A stretch of 58,587 nucleotides of DNA, counting the filler, from Catajapyx aquilonaris (taxonomy: Eukaryota), in NCBI GenBank assembly GCA_000934665.2. It is 4 parts of 4 records of this genome, joined end to end, with 100 filler letters (N's around TTAATTAATTAA, not from the genome) between each part and the next. Parts side by side here need not be neighbours in the genome. Positions count along the whole stretch, not along the records: positions 29,382 to 43,878 come from JYFJ02007766.1; positions 43,979 to 58,587 come from JYFJ02007768.1; 2 more parts are not named here. One strand, written 5' to 3'. Within the stretch, counting starts at the first letter, position 1, and each line of letters opens with the position of its first letter. Shown one piece after another: positions 31,932 through 45,045 of the stretch. The position numbers and the translations under genes are program-made. A model generated the notes under the pieces. That model worked only from the letters and a program-made list of their open reading frames with translations. It did not search any database and was not told the origin of the DNA.

Positions 31932-34835
31932 TAGACGAAGAGAGCGATTTATTGTTCCCATAACCACTTCCATCCGTACATGCCGACCAACAACTTGAAG
32001 GCGTTTTATATACTCAGTGCCTTTGTCTAATGGAAACAAGTCCTGCAAAATGCTAATCACATTCACTTGTGTTGAACCTTGAAAGAAGTCAAAAGTACAG
32101 GTTTACGAAAGAAGAACTAGTAGTAGAAGAAGAAACACACACCTCACTCGCAGTTTTATAAAGGTTTTGTTGTTCCTCAGGTGGTGCTACGTGATCAAAA
32201 AATGTATAAATATTAAGTGTAAGTGTATAAATGTAGAATATAGAATCCAGTAGCTGGAAAACAAATATTTTTCCAAACTTGATACATTGATTCATAACTT
32301 CTGGACGAAATTGTTAGTTTCTTTTGAGAGGGTCTGATGCTGGTTTGTCTGGTCCTGCAAAATAAATATTGGTTAGTAAATGGGGAAATTCATTTTTTGG
32401 TGAATTAAAATATTAATATACTGTATCGTGCTGGCACGTTTGGGTTTTTACGGGTAAAGTTGAAAAAAAATCTTAGGGGAGGATATGCTAGTAGCTGTGG
32501 AAAAAATGGGGACCATTTGAGGGTGCAAGAAAAGTCATAACAGAAACAGCCTGATAGAGATAACTAGTAGTAGTGTTGTTTGCTTCCCAAGTTTTGTGTA
32601 GAGTCCGTAAAAAAATCCTGTTGATAAGGCACCAAGAAGCGTTTCCCCAGCAGATTTTAAAAACTGATGAAAAAGGTGACTGTTAAATGATGATGTGTAC
32701 AGTATAATAACACATGTACAATTATTTGTTGTGTGAGTTATACATTTTGTCTGTTGATTGTTTCATTCTGTTGTACTTCATCCTGAGTGGATTATGTCAC
32801 AAATAATGGAAAATGAATTTTATTTTTGGGTGACAGCACTGTTTTTTTCCATCCTAAAAACATGCGCCCTGGAATAAAGGTTACATTGCTGCCATGCAAT
32901 AGTTTTACTCTCTACTGTTATACCAGGGTCATTCTAAATTTACTTGCACTTTTCCACTTTTTCCAGAGTATTTTTTTTGTTGCATTTCAGTCACAAGTTA
33001 TTGCATTATGTGGATGTGTAAGGTTTGAAGTGAAGCAAATAGATGAGAGCAGAGCTAAATGTTAGTTATGCAGACCAGCAGACCTTTGAGAACACGTGCG
33101 GGTGTACAAATCTGCAACCTAGGATACCTGACAGAAATCTGCACTTCTCTTGTTTATAAGATCAAGCAGTCAGGCAATACCTTTTACCAGTGGCCTTAGT
33201 GGATGTCCATAGTCAAAAGTTAATGTATACAAACCATAATATAGTAATGAGAATTAATAAAATAATTAACTGTATAACTTTTGTTACCAGAATATATTTT
33301 ATACATTTGAAAGTTTTCCTAGGAATAAGAAGAAAAAACATTAGGCCTATATAAAAAAAATCCAATCTGGGGGGTTGTCGGCCATATATTGAGTGCAACC
33401 TTCAATTGATAGAATTTGTCATAACTTATAACTGATAATTAAGATTTGCAGAAATTAATTTCTTTTCCATAACAGAAGTGACGTGAGGTAGCAAAGGTTG
33501 CAGACATCAATTTGATTCAGTGATTTTTTGCATATTACCAATGACTTTGATGGTTAAGGTGGAAATGAAGCTAGAGTCACTCAATGAGAATTTTATGAAA
33601 AAAACATATGTTACGCAGTTTTGTGTCCTCTTATCAATGGCGCAAAGAAAAATACACGTCACCGTGCAAATTAGCGAACTAGAGGGCTCAGAAGTTCGCG
33701 ATTTAACATGGGCCCTTATGGCAGAATTTTCAATAGTCCACAAAAAAATGATAAGCAAATGAGAATTTTAAAATTTAATGTGGAATATGTCGGAAATTAT
33801 ATACTGATCGCAACCGCAAAAAGAAAACCCTACCTCACCGTGCTCTTTCAATTTGTATTGCGGAAAAACGATCCGAAAATGATCCAGTGACGTCACCTTG
33901 CTCCACTCGAGTGAGGCAGTGGCAACACTGCGTTGTTTACGGTAGCGAGATACGGTTGCATACGACCGCGAAATATGAGTGCAAGTTAGTATGATGGTTT
34001 TCACAATGGCTCACACAGGATTTTCGTTTGGCGGGGGTGTTCGTCAGACGTCAGAACCGTTATATTAGTTTATATAGTTATAATTATAATATAAAAATCG
34101 AATCATTCGAATCCACCCGGCAATGACGTCACATTGCTACGCTATAATTGGCCCGGACCTTTGCTGCGTTGCCGCTTCTATCTGTCACCCGCGTACCAAC
34201 TGAACGTGTTCCAAATCCGACACAAATGAAGAGCTACAGGCTCCCCTTTCGGAACTAAACTTTTAAAAATGCCATGACAAATTGGGACCTCGTAATTACG
34301 ACCGGATTAAATCGATTTCCATCAAAAATAAAAAATATTAAGCACACCTCCGAATACCATGTTTAAGTTGGCAGTTGTGAAAATGGCGCCTGCGCACAAG
34401 AACTTGCAGCCGGTAATAGGCTCATATTAAATCGAGTTTAACACGCAGATTCGAATGGAATGCATAGGATTGAACATCATTTCCTGCTGCATCGGTTGCG
34501 TATGTTTCCCTGATTTTAGCCCTTCTTATTAACATTCCAATTCTAGACTCTCATTTGATTAGCAAGTCGCTTCATTTCCACCTTAAGTTCACCAAAAGGT
34601 ATTCTTATTTAAATTTTTATTTATTTATTTTTATTTATTTATTATACTCCGATGGGTTTAAAAAACCTTTGGGGGGAGACGACTGGTTACATTGTGAATA
34701 TAATTACTAACATTGTTACTGGTTTGGTTTTTAGCATATTACATATTTACAGCTTTACATCTAAAGGGGGAAATACCTTAACATATTTGATAATTTGGGA
34801 AATATATCCGAGGTTGACAAAAATCACTAAAGACG

Positions 34836-37800
34836 TTATGCTGAAACTATGCACTTGCTCACATGCCTCAGAAAATTTTGGAGGTTGTAGAAGTTGTGTC
34901 CATCGATATTATTTGTCATTGCGACCGTGTTTAAGTTTAGTGCTGGCGGAAAAGAATGTAAAAAAATTGCTCGCGGAGTTGAAAAGATTGGACAGTCATA
35001 CATTATGTGATAAAGATCAAAGGGTGCGTCGTCGGTGCAATATGTGCAGTTTGTTTCTGGCGTTAGTGGAATGTATGATCGACCAGAATTTAAATAAATA
35101 GACCTGTTTTTAATAATTATTATTAATCGTTTGATTTGTAACGGCAAGTTTGCTACTAAATATGACGTATTGTTTACCCCGTTTGAATAAATCTCTTTAT
35201 ACTCCTTGTACCGAGTGGTGAGATGTAGTTTCTCCAAGTCAGCTGTGTGAAGGCTCTGTGCTAGTTTTGTGAGGCACACCCGTTGGTCTACTTCCTCCAA
35301 CTCATCTACCGCTGTGCCCGCTTTTCGTAGATGGTTTTGTACGTGATTTATCCATATTAGTCTTATGGGTTTTGTTGAATGTAGCGCCGCGGTTCGTAGG
35401 TAGGAATGATGCAAGCGTGGCTGCGTTTGCGTACACCTCAATTTCCTAATGTATCCCAAAAGGATTTTTGTCAGTCTAACCTGGATAGACTCTATTTCCA
35501 ATTCTAGTCTGAGGAAATAACCCCGCAGTAGTTTTTGGCAGAGCAAATAGTTTCTTAATAAATAGATTGTATACTACTTCTAGCTCATCGTAATAACCGG
35601 GTGCCCAGACTGGGGAGGCATATGCCATAACAGGGAAGATTTTCGCATGGAATATTTTTATCGCTATGGCTTGGTCGCGTAACTTTAACCCCACTAACAC
35701 CGGCCATATAGCGTGGACCGTTGTCTTCGCTTTGTCCGCAAAGTACCTGGCTGTTCTGCGGAAATTGCCGTTATTATAAAAGGGGACCCCCAGATATGTG
35801 TAGTGCGTGACCTGCTCAATTACGGCTCCGTCCATTTGGAAAACACGAGCGTTTTTTCTACCCGACCTTGTGAAGACCATAATCTTCGTCTTTTCTTTGT
35901 TTATTTGTAAACACCGCATATTGAAATACTCAGCTAGGCATTGCATACTTCGCTCAAAATAAAGCGGATTATCCGCCATCAAAACTAAATCATCTGCATA
36001 CGCCAGCAGGTGTACGTCTGGCATGTCTGGGGCCACAGTTAAGCCTGGAGGGCCTTGCCTCCTTAAAAATTCATCCACGTCGGCAATAAAAAGATTAAAC
36101 AGTACCGGCGAAAGAGGTTCGCCTTGCATGACTCCACATCCAACAGTTATCTCTCCTGGCTTGCCATCTTGGGGTACCAGTCTCACCTTTGAGTAAATAT
36201 TAATAAGTATATTTATAAAGTGTGTTGGAAGGCCCAATGTGAACAGACGCTTCCACAAGTTTGAATGCTGTATGCTGTCAAAGGCTTTTGATAAGTCGAC
36301 AAATAGTGAAAACAATTTTCCTCTCGGTTTGGTTATTTGTTGCTGGATGAGGGCATTAAGAATAAAAATCTGATCTTGGCAGCCTCTACCTTTTCTGAAG
36401 GCAGCCTGCGTTTCAGGGAAGATGTTCCTACTTTCCGCCCAATGTGAGAGACGTTTCACCAAAATTGATGTGTATAACTTGAACACGTTATTGAATAATG
36501 TAATCGGGCGGTAATTTTCAGGGCACGTCGGGTCACCTTTCTTGAAGATTGGAATAACTATGGCTCGTGGCCAACTAGTTGGAATAATGGCAGCGCTGAG
36601 ACAGAAATTCATCTGGTTTAATATATAGTCAAACAGCGGCTGTGAGTTAATCTTCAAAAAATTATTTGATATGAAATCAGGACCCACCGATTTATTCCTG
36701 TCTAATCTGCCAATTGCCGATGCTAGTTCGTCCTGAGTAATAGGTGATGTTAAAAGGTCATCTATTTTCGAGTGATACCCTGTCTGGCTCATCATGTCCA
36801 TTGGATGAGGCGGCCGGTCACCAAATACTTTTTTCAGATGATGCCACCAAATGTTTGGGGGAAGGGAATTAATCTTACTTCGTTTTGTCCCTCCGTTTAC
36901 CAGCTGCCAAAAAGTTTTTGCGTCCTTTGTCTGGGTCAGGGTATTGAGTCTGCTTCTCTCATATGCCTTTGCCTTTGCCGTTTTCATATTTTTATGAGTT
37001 CGATTAGCTGCCCTGTAGTCCTCCAGATTAAATTGAGTAGGGTTTTTTCTCCAAGCTTCTAACTTTTTCATCACTGTTCGTTTTGACTCTCTAATTTCCT
37101 CGTCGAACCATTTGGCCTTATTTACTTTCGTGTGGCTACCCGTATCCGACTTAGGGGTATACAACAGCCCTTCTTCCAGTAGCAAATTTGTCGTTAAATT
37201 AGCAAAAGTTGACGACCACCTGTCTACTAATAGTTGTTCATCCTCATTATCCTCTGCTTCAAGATGTATTGGTAAAATCCATTCATCTATTTGCGGAGCT
37301 AAGTGATCCAGAGTGGTATCCATCCAAACCAGTTTTTTGTATGTTTGCGGTGGTGGGGCAAAATGGGTCAGATAGGGGAACATGACATGCAAGGTTATTG
37401 GGAAATGGTCTGATCCTAGCACATTTAGCACCTCGAAATCCAGAGCCATGTGAGCAAAAGCGTTGGACAAACACATAATATCTATAACTGAACAGCCCTG
37501 ATGAGATACAAAAGTAACGTCACCCTTGCTATCAGACCGAGACGTACCATTAACAACTATCAGAGCATTCTCATTACAGAAGTTCCAGAATAATTTACCT
37601 CTCCTGTTTATAATTTTATCTTCTGATTTACGATCCACAGAGCAAAATTCTAATGGTGCTTCCGTTATGAACATTGATTGCACCGTCTCGTTGGCCAATC
37701 TAGCGTTGAAATCGCCCATTATTATCAATGGTCCGTCTCCGTCGTAATTTTGTGACAATAGAAAATTTATCTCTTGTAGTTGCTCTTCCAACGGCATAGT

Positions 37801-38163
37801 CGGTGCACAATACCCCAAAAATAAATGAACCGTGGTGTAGCTGACTTGAATAGTAACATAAATATACCAGTCTGAATCTTTGACCAGTGTTGAAGCCCAC
37901 TTTTTACTCACCAAGAGTAAAATCCCACCAGAAGGGCGGCCCACTTTGTATAATTTCACTGCCGGCACTTGGAATATCACGTAATTTACTTCAACACTCT
38001 TAATTGACACCTTATTTACTTTCCAAGTTTCTAGTAATCCTATGGCGAGTGTGGGTGGGGACAATGTTCGTACGTCTTCAAGTCTTTCTAATATTGGCCC
38101 TCCCGCAACATTCCAACACGTTACCGTTAGCGAACTGTTTCGCACATAATTATTCTTCACCAT
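34836..38163 (-). CDS. LINE ORF2: AP endonuclease, reverse transcriptase, C-terminal CCHC finger; one +1 frameshift near 35521-35524
   Basis: WNVAG, LLETW, GDFNAR, SDHFPI (APE); NYRPITL, FVDLSKAFD, QGEPLSP, YADD (RT); CTYC...H...C in the overlapping ORF 34836-35546. Confidence 0.93.
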
Positions 38164-38239
38164 TGTTTATAACTTCTCTCACCTCACCGGAAACGTCCTC
38201 TGATGTGTCAGCCGGATTTTGTTCCTTTCTCGACTCATG

Positions 38240-39247
38240 TTACGACTTGCCAGTTGTTGACCTCCTCACTTCTTGTGAGCCTTGAAACCTGAACTTATCC
38301 AGCTTTCGGCCGACATCGGGTTGAGGGGCCGGCAAGCCCGCCATCGGTATTGCCGGATCACCATACACACTGGGGACTGATACCACAGGGGGTGGGGGAT
38401 TCAACACTTCACTAGACACCTCTATTTCACCTCCTTCGTTTGATACCGGGCTTCCTAATTGTGCGTTAAGTCGTTTCCCAGGGCCAGCAAAATCTTCTGG
38501 CGAACTGATGGGCCGTTTTGTGGACTGTGCTCCCATTTGTTTGTTGCCTGTTGTAATTTCTTGAGAGCCGCGTCGGGACCGTTCGACCCGCTGCACATCC
38601 GTCCCCTCCGCATTGAGCTCATAGAGTGTGCCATCCACCATCAATTTGTCCATCTTGAATGTTGCCAAATGGTTTCTCTGTTTCGCGTCCTTTAAAAAAG
38701 GAAGGAGCGCTTTCCTTTTTATACGGGTGGCGATTGCATAATCTTCGGATAGACCCAACTGCGTGTTCTTCAGATTTTTTGCGTTTGACAGTAGAATGTC
38801 CTTGTCACGTTGCCGCAAAAGAGCCGCTATTATTGGTCGGCGACCCTCTTTTGACCCAACACGGTGAACGCGTTGAAACTCTATCGCAGCTGGTGATGGG
38901 TGATGGTCAAATTCCGTCACCTTTGCACGCAGTAACTTCTCGGTGTCGGCCCATCTTTCCTTACCATTTTCCGGCACTCCGTATAGCACGATGTTTAGCC
39001 TCCTGGATCGATTTTCGAGTTCTTCCAGCTGGCCTCCGAGGTTGCTGACCTTGTCCTGCAGCTTGGTATTCTCTTGTTGCAGGAAACTAGCGGAGGCCCT
39101 CAGGTCCTCCATTTCACCACGCAGGCCAAGGTGCGACTCCTCCCAGGATGACCGTAAATCCATGGCAACCTGGTCCATGTTAGCTATCAGGTCCGCTTTG
39201 AGACTTTCCAGAAGTGACCGTATGGCGTCCAACGACACTTCGCCCAT
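38240..39247 (-). CDS. LINE ORF1 (coiled coil plus L1-type RRM/CTD RNA-binding protein), 335 aa
   Basis: Coiled coil, LENRSRRLNIVLYGVPE, RVHRVG...RPIIA, LSEDY motifs. Confidence 0.9.
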   Translation of the reverse strand: MGEVSLDAIRSLLESLKADLIANMDQVAMDLRSSWEESHLGLRGEMEDLRASASFLQQENTKLQDKVSNLGGQLEELENRSRRLNIVLYGVPENGKERWADTEKLLRAKVTEFDHHPSPAAIEFQRVHRVGSKEGRRPIIAALLRQRDKDILLSNAKNLKNTQLGLSEDYAIATRIKRKALLPFLKDAKQRNHLATFKMDKLMVDGTLYELNAEGTDVQRVERSRRGSQEITTGNKQMGAQSTKRPISSPEDFAGPGKRLNAQLGSPVSNEGGEIEVSSEVLNPPPPVVSVPSVYGDPAIPMAGLPAPQPDVGRKLDKFRFQGSQEVRRSTTGKS

Positions 39248-39630
39248 GGTAACTCGGTGTAGTCCAACGCACTATTACGGTGATTTGACTCACGATAAGT
39301 CCTTTTTTCCCCTTGCGTTGGAAAAAGAGAGAAGGGGGGGTAGCTCTGACTATTACGGAGCTCCGCACAAGCACGACCGATCTCACTCGCTCTCACCAGT
39401 CGTCTGTATTCTTATTTAAATGGCTTCACAGCACATTTTGAACCAGTGGTTCTCAACCTTTTTTCGTCGAAACCCTACCTGCAAACTTTTCTCGCCCTGG
39501 CGACCCATGTGACTCCCCCCTCCTCTGCCAAATCTTGAGTTGTCTCAGATCAAAGGCGGCTAAGTCCATTTTTAGGGAACACAAATATGCCCAGCAATAA
39601 TGACTGTATGGTAATGTCATGTGGTATTAA

Positions 39631-39930
39631 CCCTTTGACGACTACGAACATGATAATATTATGATGTCCGAGCTTACATTGCTGGAGGGCCTACGAACAT
39701 CATTTGATGTCTAGAGATTTTCCCTGCCAACTTTTCAACTCATAAAATTCCAACCTCACCGATTGAATTGAAATTCGGTGCAGTAGTAGCCCACCCCAAG
39801 GGATGAAAAACGCACCTATTATGACGTGATCAAAATGACCATGTGACGCATTTTTGAGGGGGGCAGAGGTCAAATTCCGACCTCACCGATTTTCTTGAAA
39901 TTCGGTGCATTGACATATGCCCCCTCCATA
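39631..39930 (+). mobile_element. piggyBac-like element end with subterminal repeat (family shared with 47913)
   Basis: TTAA|CCCTTTGACG terminus; high similarity to 47913-48200. Confidence 0.6.
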
Positions 39931-40375
39931 CAGGGTGACCACGCTAACTCTGGCAAACATCACAGGGTGGGTAGAGGCCCCATAGGCAAGTATTTTGAGC
40001 TTCGGTACCCATGTCCGAAAATGCCCCCGTACGGAGGTACGGCCGTTTCCACCTTTAGTATGTTGCGCCTGGTGGGTAGGCAACCCATCGTACTTGAAGG
40101 TTGCGTTCATCAGGTTTCGCACTTGACACTGGCAATTAAGGCAGGTGGGTTAACGGCATATTTCCCGGGATCTTACCCATCAACCGCTTCTTCTCTCGTC
40201 ACAGGTTGAAGTGGGAGGGATTCCTTGAATGGAAAACCTGCAGAACTCTCGAAAATCTTACCGAACGGGGTGAAAAAGGTCGAAATAGGCACTAACAGGT
40301 GCTAATAGGCCATTTAGGTCCCAACACCCGAAATAGGCATTTTTAGGTTCTATAAAACTACGATTTTTGAGGTCC

Positions 40376-41465
40376 TTGTGTTATGAAACGGATAGATATT
40401 TTGGTTCCGGTGTTCTGCCTACAAAAGAAAAAGTAGGTAAAAACCTAGAAATCCGTTCTCTAGTTATGATTGTGTGGTTATATTTTAAGTACTCAGAACT
40501 AGATGCAAAGAAGGGGTGCAACGAAGTTGTCAGCTTGCTGCTTGAATACATTGAGGAGCAGGTTCCACCGACTGTACGCACTTTGCATCTGTTTTCTGAT
40601 GGGGCTCCAGGGCAAAACAAAAGCATCACAGTGCTGCAGGCTCTCTTCGGATTGGTTGACCGTGGCCGTTTTGATGGGATTCTGCATTATTTTCCTATCC
40701 GCGGCCACAGCTTCCTCCCATGCGACAGTGACTTTGGGAGAGTGTCCCGAAAGCGGAGAGCGCTGGCACGCACGGGACACGTGGCAGAAATCCCATCAGA
40801 GTGGTGCGACCTCGTCCGTAGTAATCTTCCATCTTCCTCACATTGATGTGAAAGAAATTTCAGGTGCAGTAGTAAAAGACTACAACGGAGTGTTGGCCGG
40901 ACAATTTCGGAGAAGAATTTACAACAATGATGGCTTTTTCAAGATTTCAAGGGCTCACATAATAGAATATGCAAGGGCCCATCCAGACTCCATAAGGGTA
41001 TCTTACGACATGGCAGGGACTGTTTGGGAAGAGTATAACATTCGATCCAGATGACTGTGATGTACGTAGGTGTGACATATCCTGTGGAAAGTGTGTACCA
41101 ATCAGTCCTGCCTTTAAAGCCTGCGAAACAACGAAACCTCAGTATACTCTCCTCCACTATCTGGCCCCAATGAAGAGGCAGTTTTACTTAGATAACTTTG
41201 ATTCAATGTAAGTTTCATTTTAACAAGAAATGAATGTTTGATGTTGCAAATGATAATAAGTTCTGATTTGCCAATGTAAAATAATTTAAACTGAGTAACA
41301 GTGCTCATAGCACTTGCATATCTTTTTTTGTTCTTCTTGATGCTGCATAATTTATTATTACCTATAGGATGTTTCAATTTCCTTTTTTATCATTTTGTAC
41401 ATCCTGAAAACTGGCAGTAATAACTGGCTGTAAGGTCGCCAGTATACATAACCTACTTTTAAGTG
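40376..41465 (+). pseudogene. DDE transposase C-terminal remnant, CMC/Chapaev-like, with right terminus
   Basis: KGCNEVVSLL, FSDGAPGQNKS, RGHSFLPCDSDFG motifs; frameshift near 40835; ends TTTTAAGTG. Confidence 0.75.
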
Positions 41466-41697
41466 AATTTTAAAACAGATACCTGTATGTAGCCTACCTG
41501 GACTGTGCACCAGTGTATGACTTCCACAGCTTCACGTGATATGTTTAATGTTTATGTTTAATGTTTATGATATATGTTTTACAGGGTGGTCGAAAATTCC
41601 TCTGCCAAAACGATATGGGTGGTAGTGGTAGGTGGTAGGGGATGCACATGGAAGAAGCATGGCAGGGTATGGGGGGCATGCAGGCAAACTCAGGGCC

Positions 41698-42368
41698 GGT
41701 CCGCGATAAACTCGGCGAAAGAAAACTCGGCGAATGACCATTCGGCGACTACCATTCGGCGAAAATGAAATTCGCCGAACGTATTTTTCGGCGACAGGCG
41801 CATTCACCGAAAACGGTTTTCGGCGAAATTACAATTGGGCGAGCACACTTTTCGGCGACAGGACAATTCGCCGACTCTTTTCGGTTAATGGAAACAGCGA
41901 GTAATTTATTACCGCTAGTCGACTGTGTCTGTCCAATGGGGAAGTATAGTCAGCCCTGTTGATATCTCCCTAATCACCTGACTTCCACGAAGCGTTGTGT
42001 ATATGCTTTGGTCATTATTCCCCTGACGCACAGACAGGAATTTTGCAAAGTGAGAGAGACAGACCGAAGCTGGTGGAGTGTGGTTTTGTGCATGTGAAGG
42101 ATAAGTCTCTCGAAGATAAGGTGAGTGTTTAATTACCGAGACCTACAACAGCGAAAACATCCTTGTATATTTGAAGAATGTGACTTATAACATCTCTTAT
42201 TGTCCTGTCGCCGAAAAGTGTGCTCGCCCAATTGTAATTTCGCCGAAACCCGTTTTCGGTGAATGCTCCTGTCGCCGAAAAATACGTTCGGCGAATTTCA
42301 TTTTCGCCGAATGGTAGTCGCCGAATGGTCATTCGCCGAGTTTTCTTTCGCCGAGTTTATCGGGAACT
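41698..42368. mobile_element. MULE/Foldback-like element with about 170-bp modular TIRs
   Basis: TTCGGCGA-repeat arms 41698-41868 and 42198-42368 are inverted complements; 9-bp TSD CTCAGGGCC. Confidence 0.8.
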
Positions 42369-42539
42369 CTCAGGGCCCTGCCAGGGGCCCCCTGACCAAG
42401 TTAGGCGATGGCTACAGACTCACATCCAGCGAAATCACATCCTTCAACACTGACTATGTCTACGTCCGTCACTCCACATGTTAAAGACTTATTCACGTCA
42501 AAACCTGCGGCTTGTGTCCCCGACACAACCTAACGTTTT

Positions 42540-42911
42540 TTTCGCTCGCTTGAGCCGTCTGCGTCTGCTACATTCCTGCTACATTCTCTTCCACAACTTT
42601 TGTGCCACACGGCACCATTTTTGGCCATGGAAGTACTCATTCCTGAAATCCTGACCCATCGTCAAGGGCGGCATACTTAACTGGAAATGGCAGCGATGAA
42701 AGTTGCTCTATGCTGTGAAATTCCTGAAGGGTCTCAGCCAACGTGCTGTACCCATCAATCCCATGATCCCATCTCCTCTCTTACTCTTCGCAGGATTTGT
42801 TAATTTCCCTTCAGTGTTACACTGGCACAAAACACACTTATTCCAGTCCAGGGCTGGCGGAGCGGATGACACCGGAACAGATATACCAACAAGAGACAAC
42901 TTCCCGCTCAT
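42540..42911 (-). pseudogene. Transposase N-terminal remnant, Academ-like
   Basis: DWNKCVLCQ...L..P..SKR, then in shifted frames GYSTLAETLQEF...LDDGSG and AVWHKSC; adjacent 43102-43290 repeated at 54961-55160. Confidence 0.5.
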
Positions 42912-43579
42912 GATTGAATGAATAGAACACAAACCTCACAAACATTTACGGCTGGATTAGTCAATAGCAACGTTCGTAAATAAACCAAGACAAGCTTGGA
43001 GCCGAGGCCCCGCCGAGCGCGTGCAGGCCAGGGTTCAAGTCGCTGTAGCTCCGAAAATACGGACTCTACGTGGAAAAGGTACTTCATACTTTTTGTAGAG
43101 TACATGTTTCTGCGTACAACCTTTGTTTGGCACATTGCCTCCTGAGAAGCATAGTTCGCTCAGAAAAGACTTTTAACTCGCTTCAAGGTAGCCAACCCGC
43201 AATTACGGGCCACCTGGGCGAAAAGGGCCGTGGCGCCATATCTGGATTGGAATAGTATGGTCTCAGGGACATTCCTACCAAATTTCGCCAATGCACGTGT
43301 GACCGAAACGGCCATGGCAGAGTGAGAGGGAATAAAGGTAAGACGACAAGTGGGTTAAGTTAATGTCCTCCGTATATTCAAAGCCAACCGTGGTAACAAT
43401 ACAAAACAATATGAGAGGGGGATGTGGAAAGAGATGGAAAGAGAGGGATGACCAAAGGCCTCGGCAAATGGGAAGAACGGGGGTTTATATAGGATGGCGA
43501 AATGCATTGTGGGTGGAGTAGGTAGGATGGACAGTGTAGTACAAAATGCATGACACACCAGTAGTGAGATTCCGCTGCT

Positions 43580-43875
43580 TCCCAAGCCCCTTAAAAACCG
43601 CCGCAGTGGCGCCACCGTCTATGCGAGTTTAACATGGTAAAGCGCCACTACGGCCATCTCGGAACTAGTAAATATGCGTGGGAAACGTCTCCAGCCAATC
43701 ACGAGCCTCGCCGCAGAAATAGGCCACGCCCACCGACGGATTTTTCGGTGTCAGTGGCAGCACCATCGCCCCCAGCGGGGGAATAAAAATCCGCAGCGCC
43801 GAGCCGGGCTGGAACCTACGGCCCCCCGATTAGTATGACGTCGCTCTAGGATCACGGCCAATACCCACAGGCCTG
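43580..43875 (-). mobile_element. Degenerate tRNA-derived SINE candidate
   Basis: TGGCCGTGATCC A-box-like and GGTTCCAGCCC B-box-like motifs at tRNA-like spacing. Confidence 0.35.
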
Positions 43876-43878
43876 TAA

Positions 43879-43978
43879 NNNNNNNNNNNNNNNNNNNNNN
43901 NNNNNNNNNNNNNNNNNNNNNNTTAATTAATTAANNNNNNNNNNNNNNNNNNNNNNNNNNNNNNNNNNNNNNNNNNNN
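43879..43978. other. Artificial assembly spacer
   Basis: N44-TTAATTAATTAA-N44. Confidence 0.95.
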
Positions 43979-44732
43979 TTCTGTTTTGAGACAAACGGAT
44001 TTTTGCGTTGGAGTCAGGATTTTTTGCCTGATTTTTAGACATCAACTTGTCTTCAGACTGGAGTGTCCCTTTAAGTTTGAGAACTGGGGACCTTATTGCG
44101 CATTCCAGTAGTTGTGCCTTTCTTTTGTATGATGACACCATACTAAAGATCAGTCAATATAAGAATGCAACCGAGTGCGCATCCCAGTGGAGCACAGGAT
44201 GCAATCCTGGAATGAGAAGTGATCTGTGAGTAAGCACAATATGAGCTGTTGAAAGTTACATTTATTTCTGAAACTGGTGGGCTGGTGGGCCCTTCTGCAC
44301 CATTGCCAGAGCCCCTCAAAGGACAGCTGAGGCGAGCACATGGTGAACGTGGCAACGTTGTGGCTCTTGCGCGAACCAGTGTGCGCACTCGATTGCGTTC
44401 GTAAAGTGACCGATCTATACCTTAATTCAAAGGTGCAGTATTATGAAATATATCCAACAGCACCGTCACTTAAGATACATATTGATAATAATGTGCAGTA
44501 TTTGAAAATCATTGGCTTCAAGTGATTTCTGCTTGAGACATTGAGAGAGTAGACTACTTCAAGAAATGGCTACCCCTAAAAGATATATTATGCTAGGAAC
44601 TGGATTATAAGACATAAATGAGAGGAATAGGCAATTACTCAACCTAATTCTGAAACTAGCATCAAGGGAAAAAAGCCACAGCTAATCAATTAATGAGCTA
44701 CTGCGAGCAACATGAACAAATTTCAAACAAAC

Positions 44733-44962
44733 CCTCTCAGTCGAACAGCTTCTAGTTGCTTCTTATTCAGCTTCCGAGGCCCTCCTTTAGCATCGACAGC
44801 AACAGCGTCCAATTCCTCAAATGATGGAGCCATAAACAGATCACGAGCAATGATGGGTTTGTGACGGCCCAAAGACGAGCCATCACCATCATATTGCACA
44901 GTGATTGGAGGGGGTAGCACTATTGGGAATGTTTTCCACTGATACAGGACTTTTTCTGCCAC
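44733..44962 (-). CDS. Internal coding exon of an unidentified gene
   Basis: ttatttcag| VAEKVLYQWKTFPIVLPPPI...RDLFMAPSFEELDAVAVDAKGGPRKLNKKQLEAVRLRG |GTTTGT. Confidence 0.7.
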
Positions 44963-44981
44963 CTGAAATAAAACAATATTG

Positions 44982-44984
44982 TGG

Positions 44985-45042
<58 letters not shown>
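44982..45042. repeat. (GAT)n microsatellite
   Basis: About 19 perfect GAT units. Confidence 0.95.
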
Positions 45043-45045
45043 ATA

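Larger units (their letters stand above)
34615..39405 (-). mobile_element. Full-length two-ORF non-LTR retrotransposon (APE-RT LINE, RTEX/L1-type architecture)
   Basis: 16-bp TSD GTATTCTTATTTAAAT (34599-34614, 39406-39421), (TAAAA)n 3' tail, ORF1 plus ORF2. Confidence 0.95.

Noticed and set aside
41698..42368. Regularly spaced TTCGGCGA repeats resembling a CRISPR array (also 30005-30185, 48046-48450)
   Set aside because: Cores are short or whole units repeat without unique spacers; they form transposon arms or tandem units; eukaryotic context, no cas genes.
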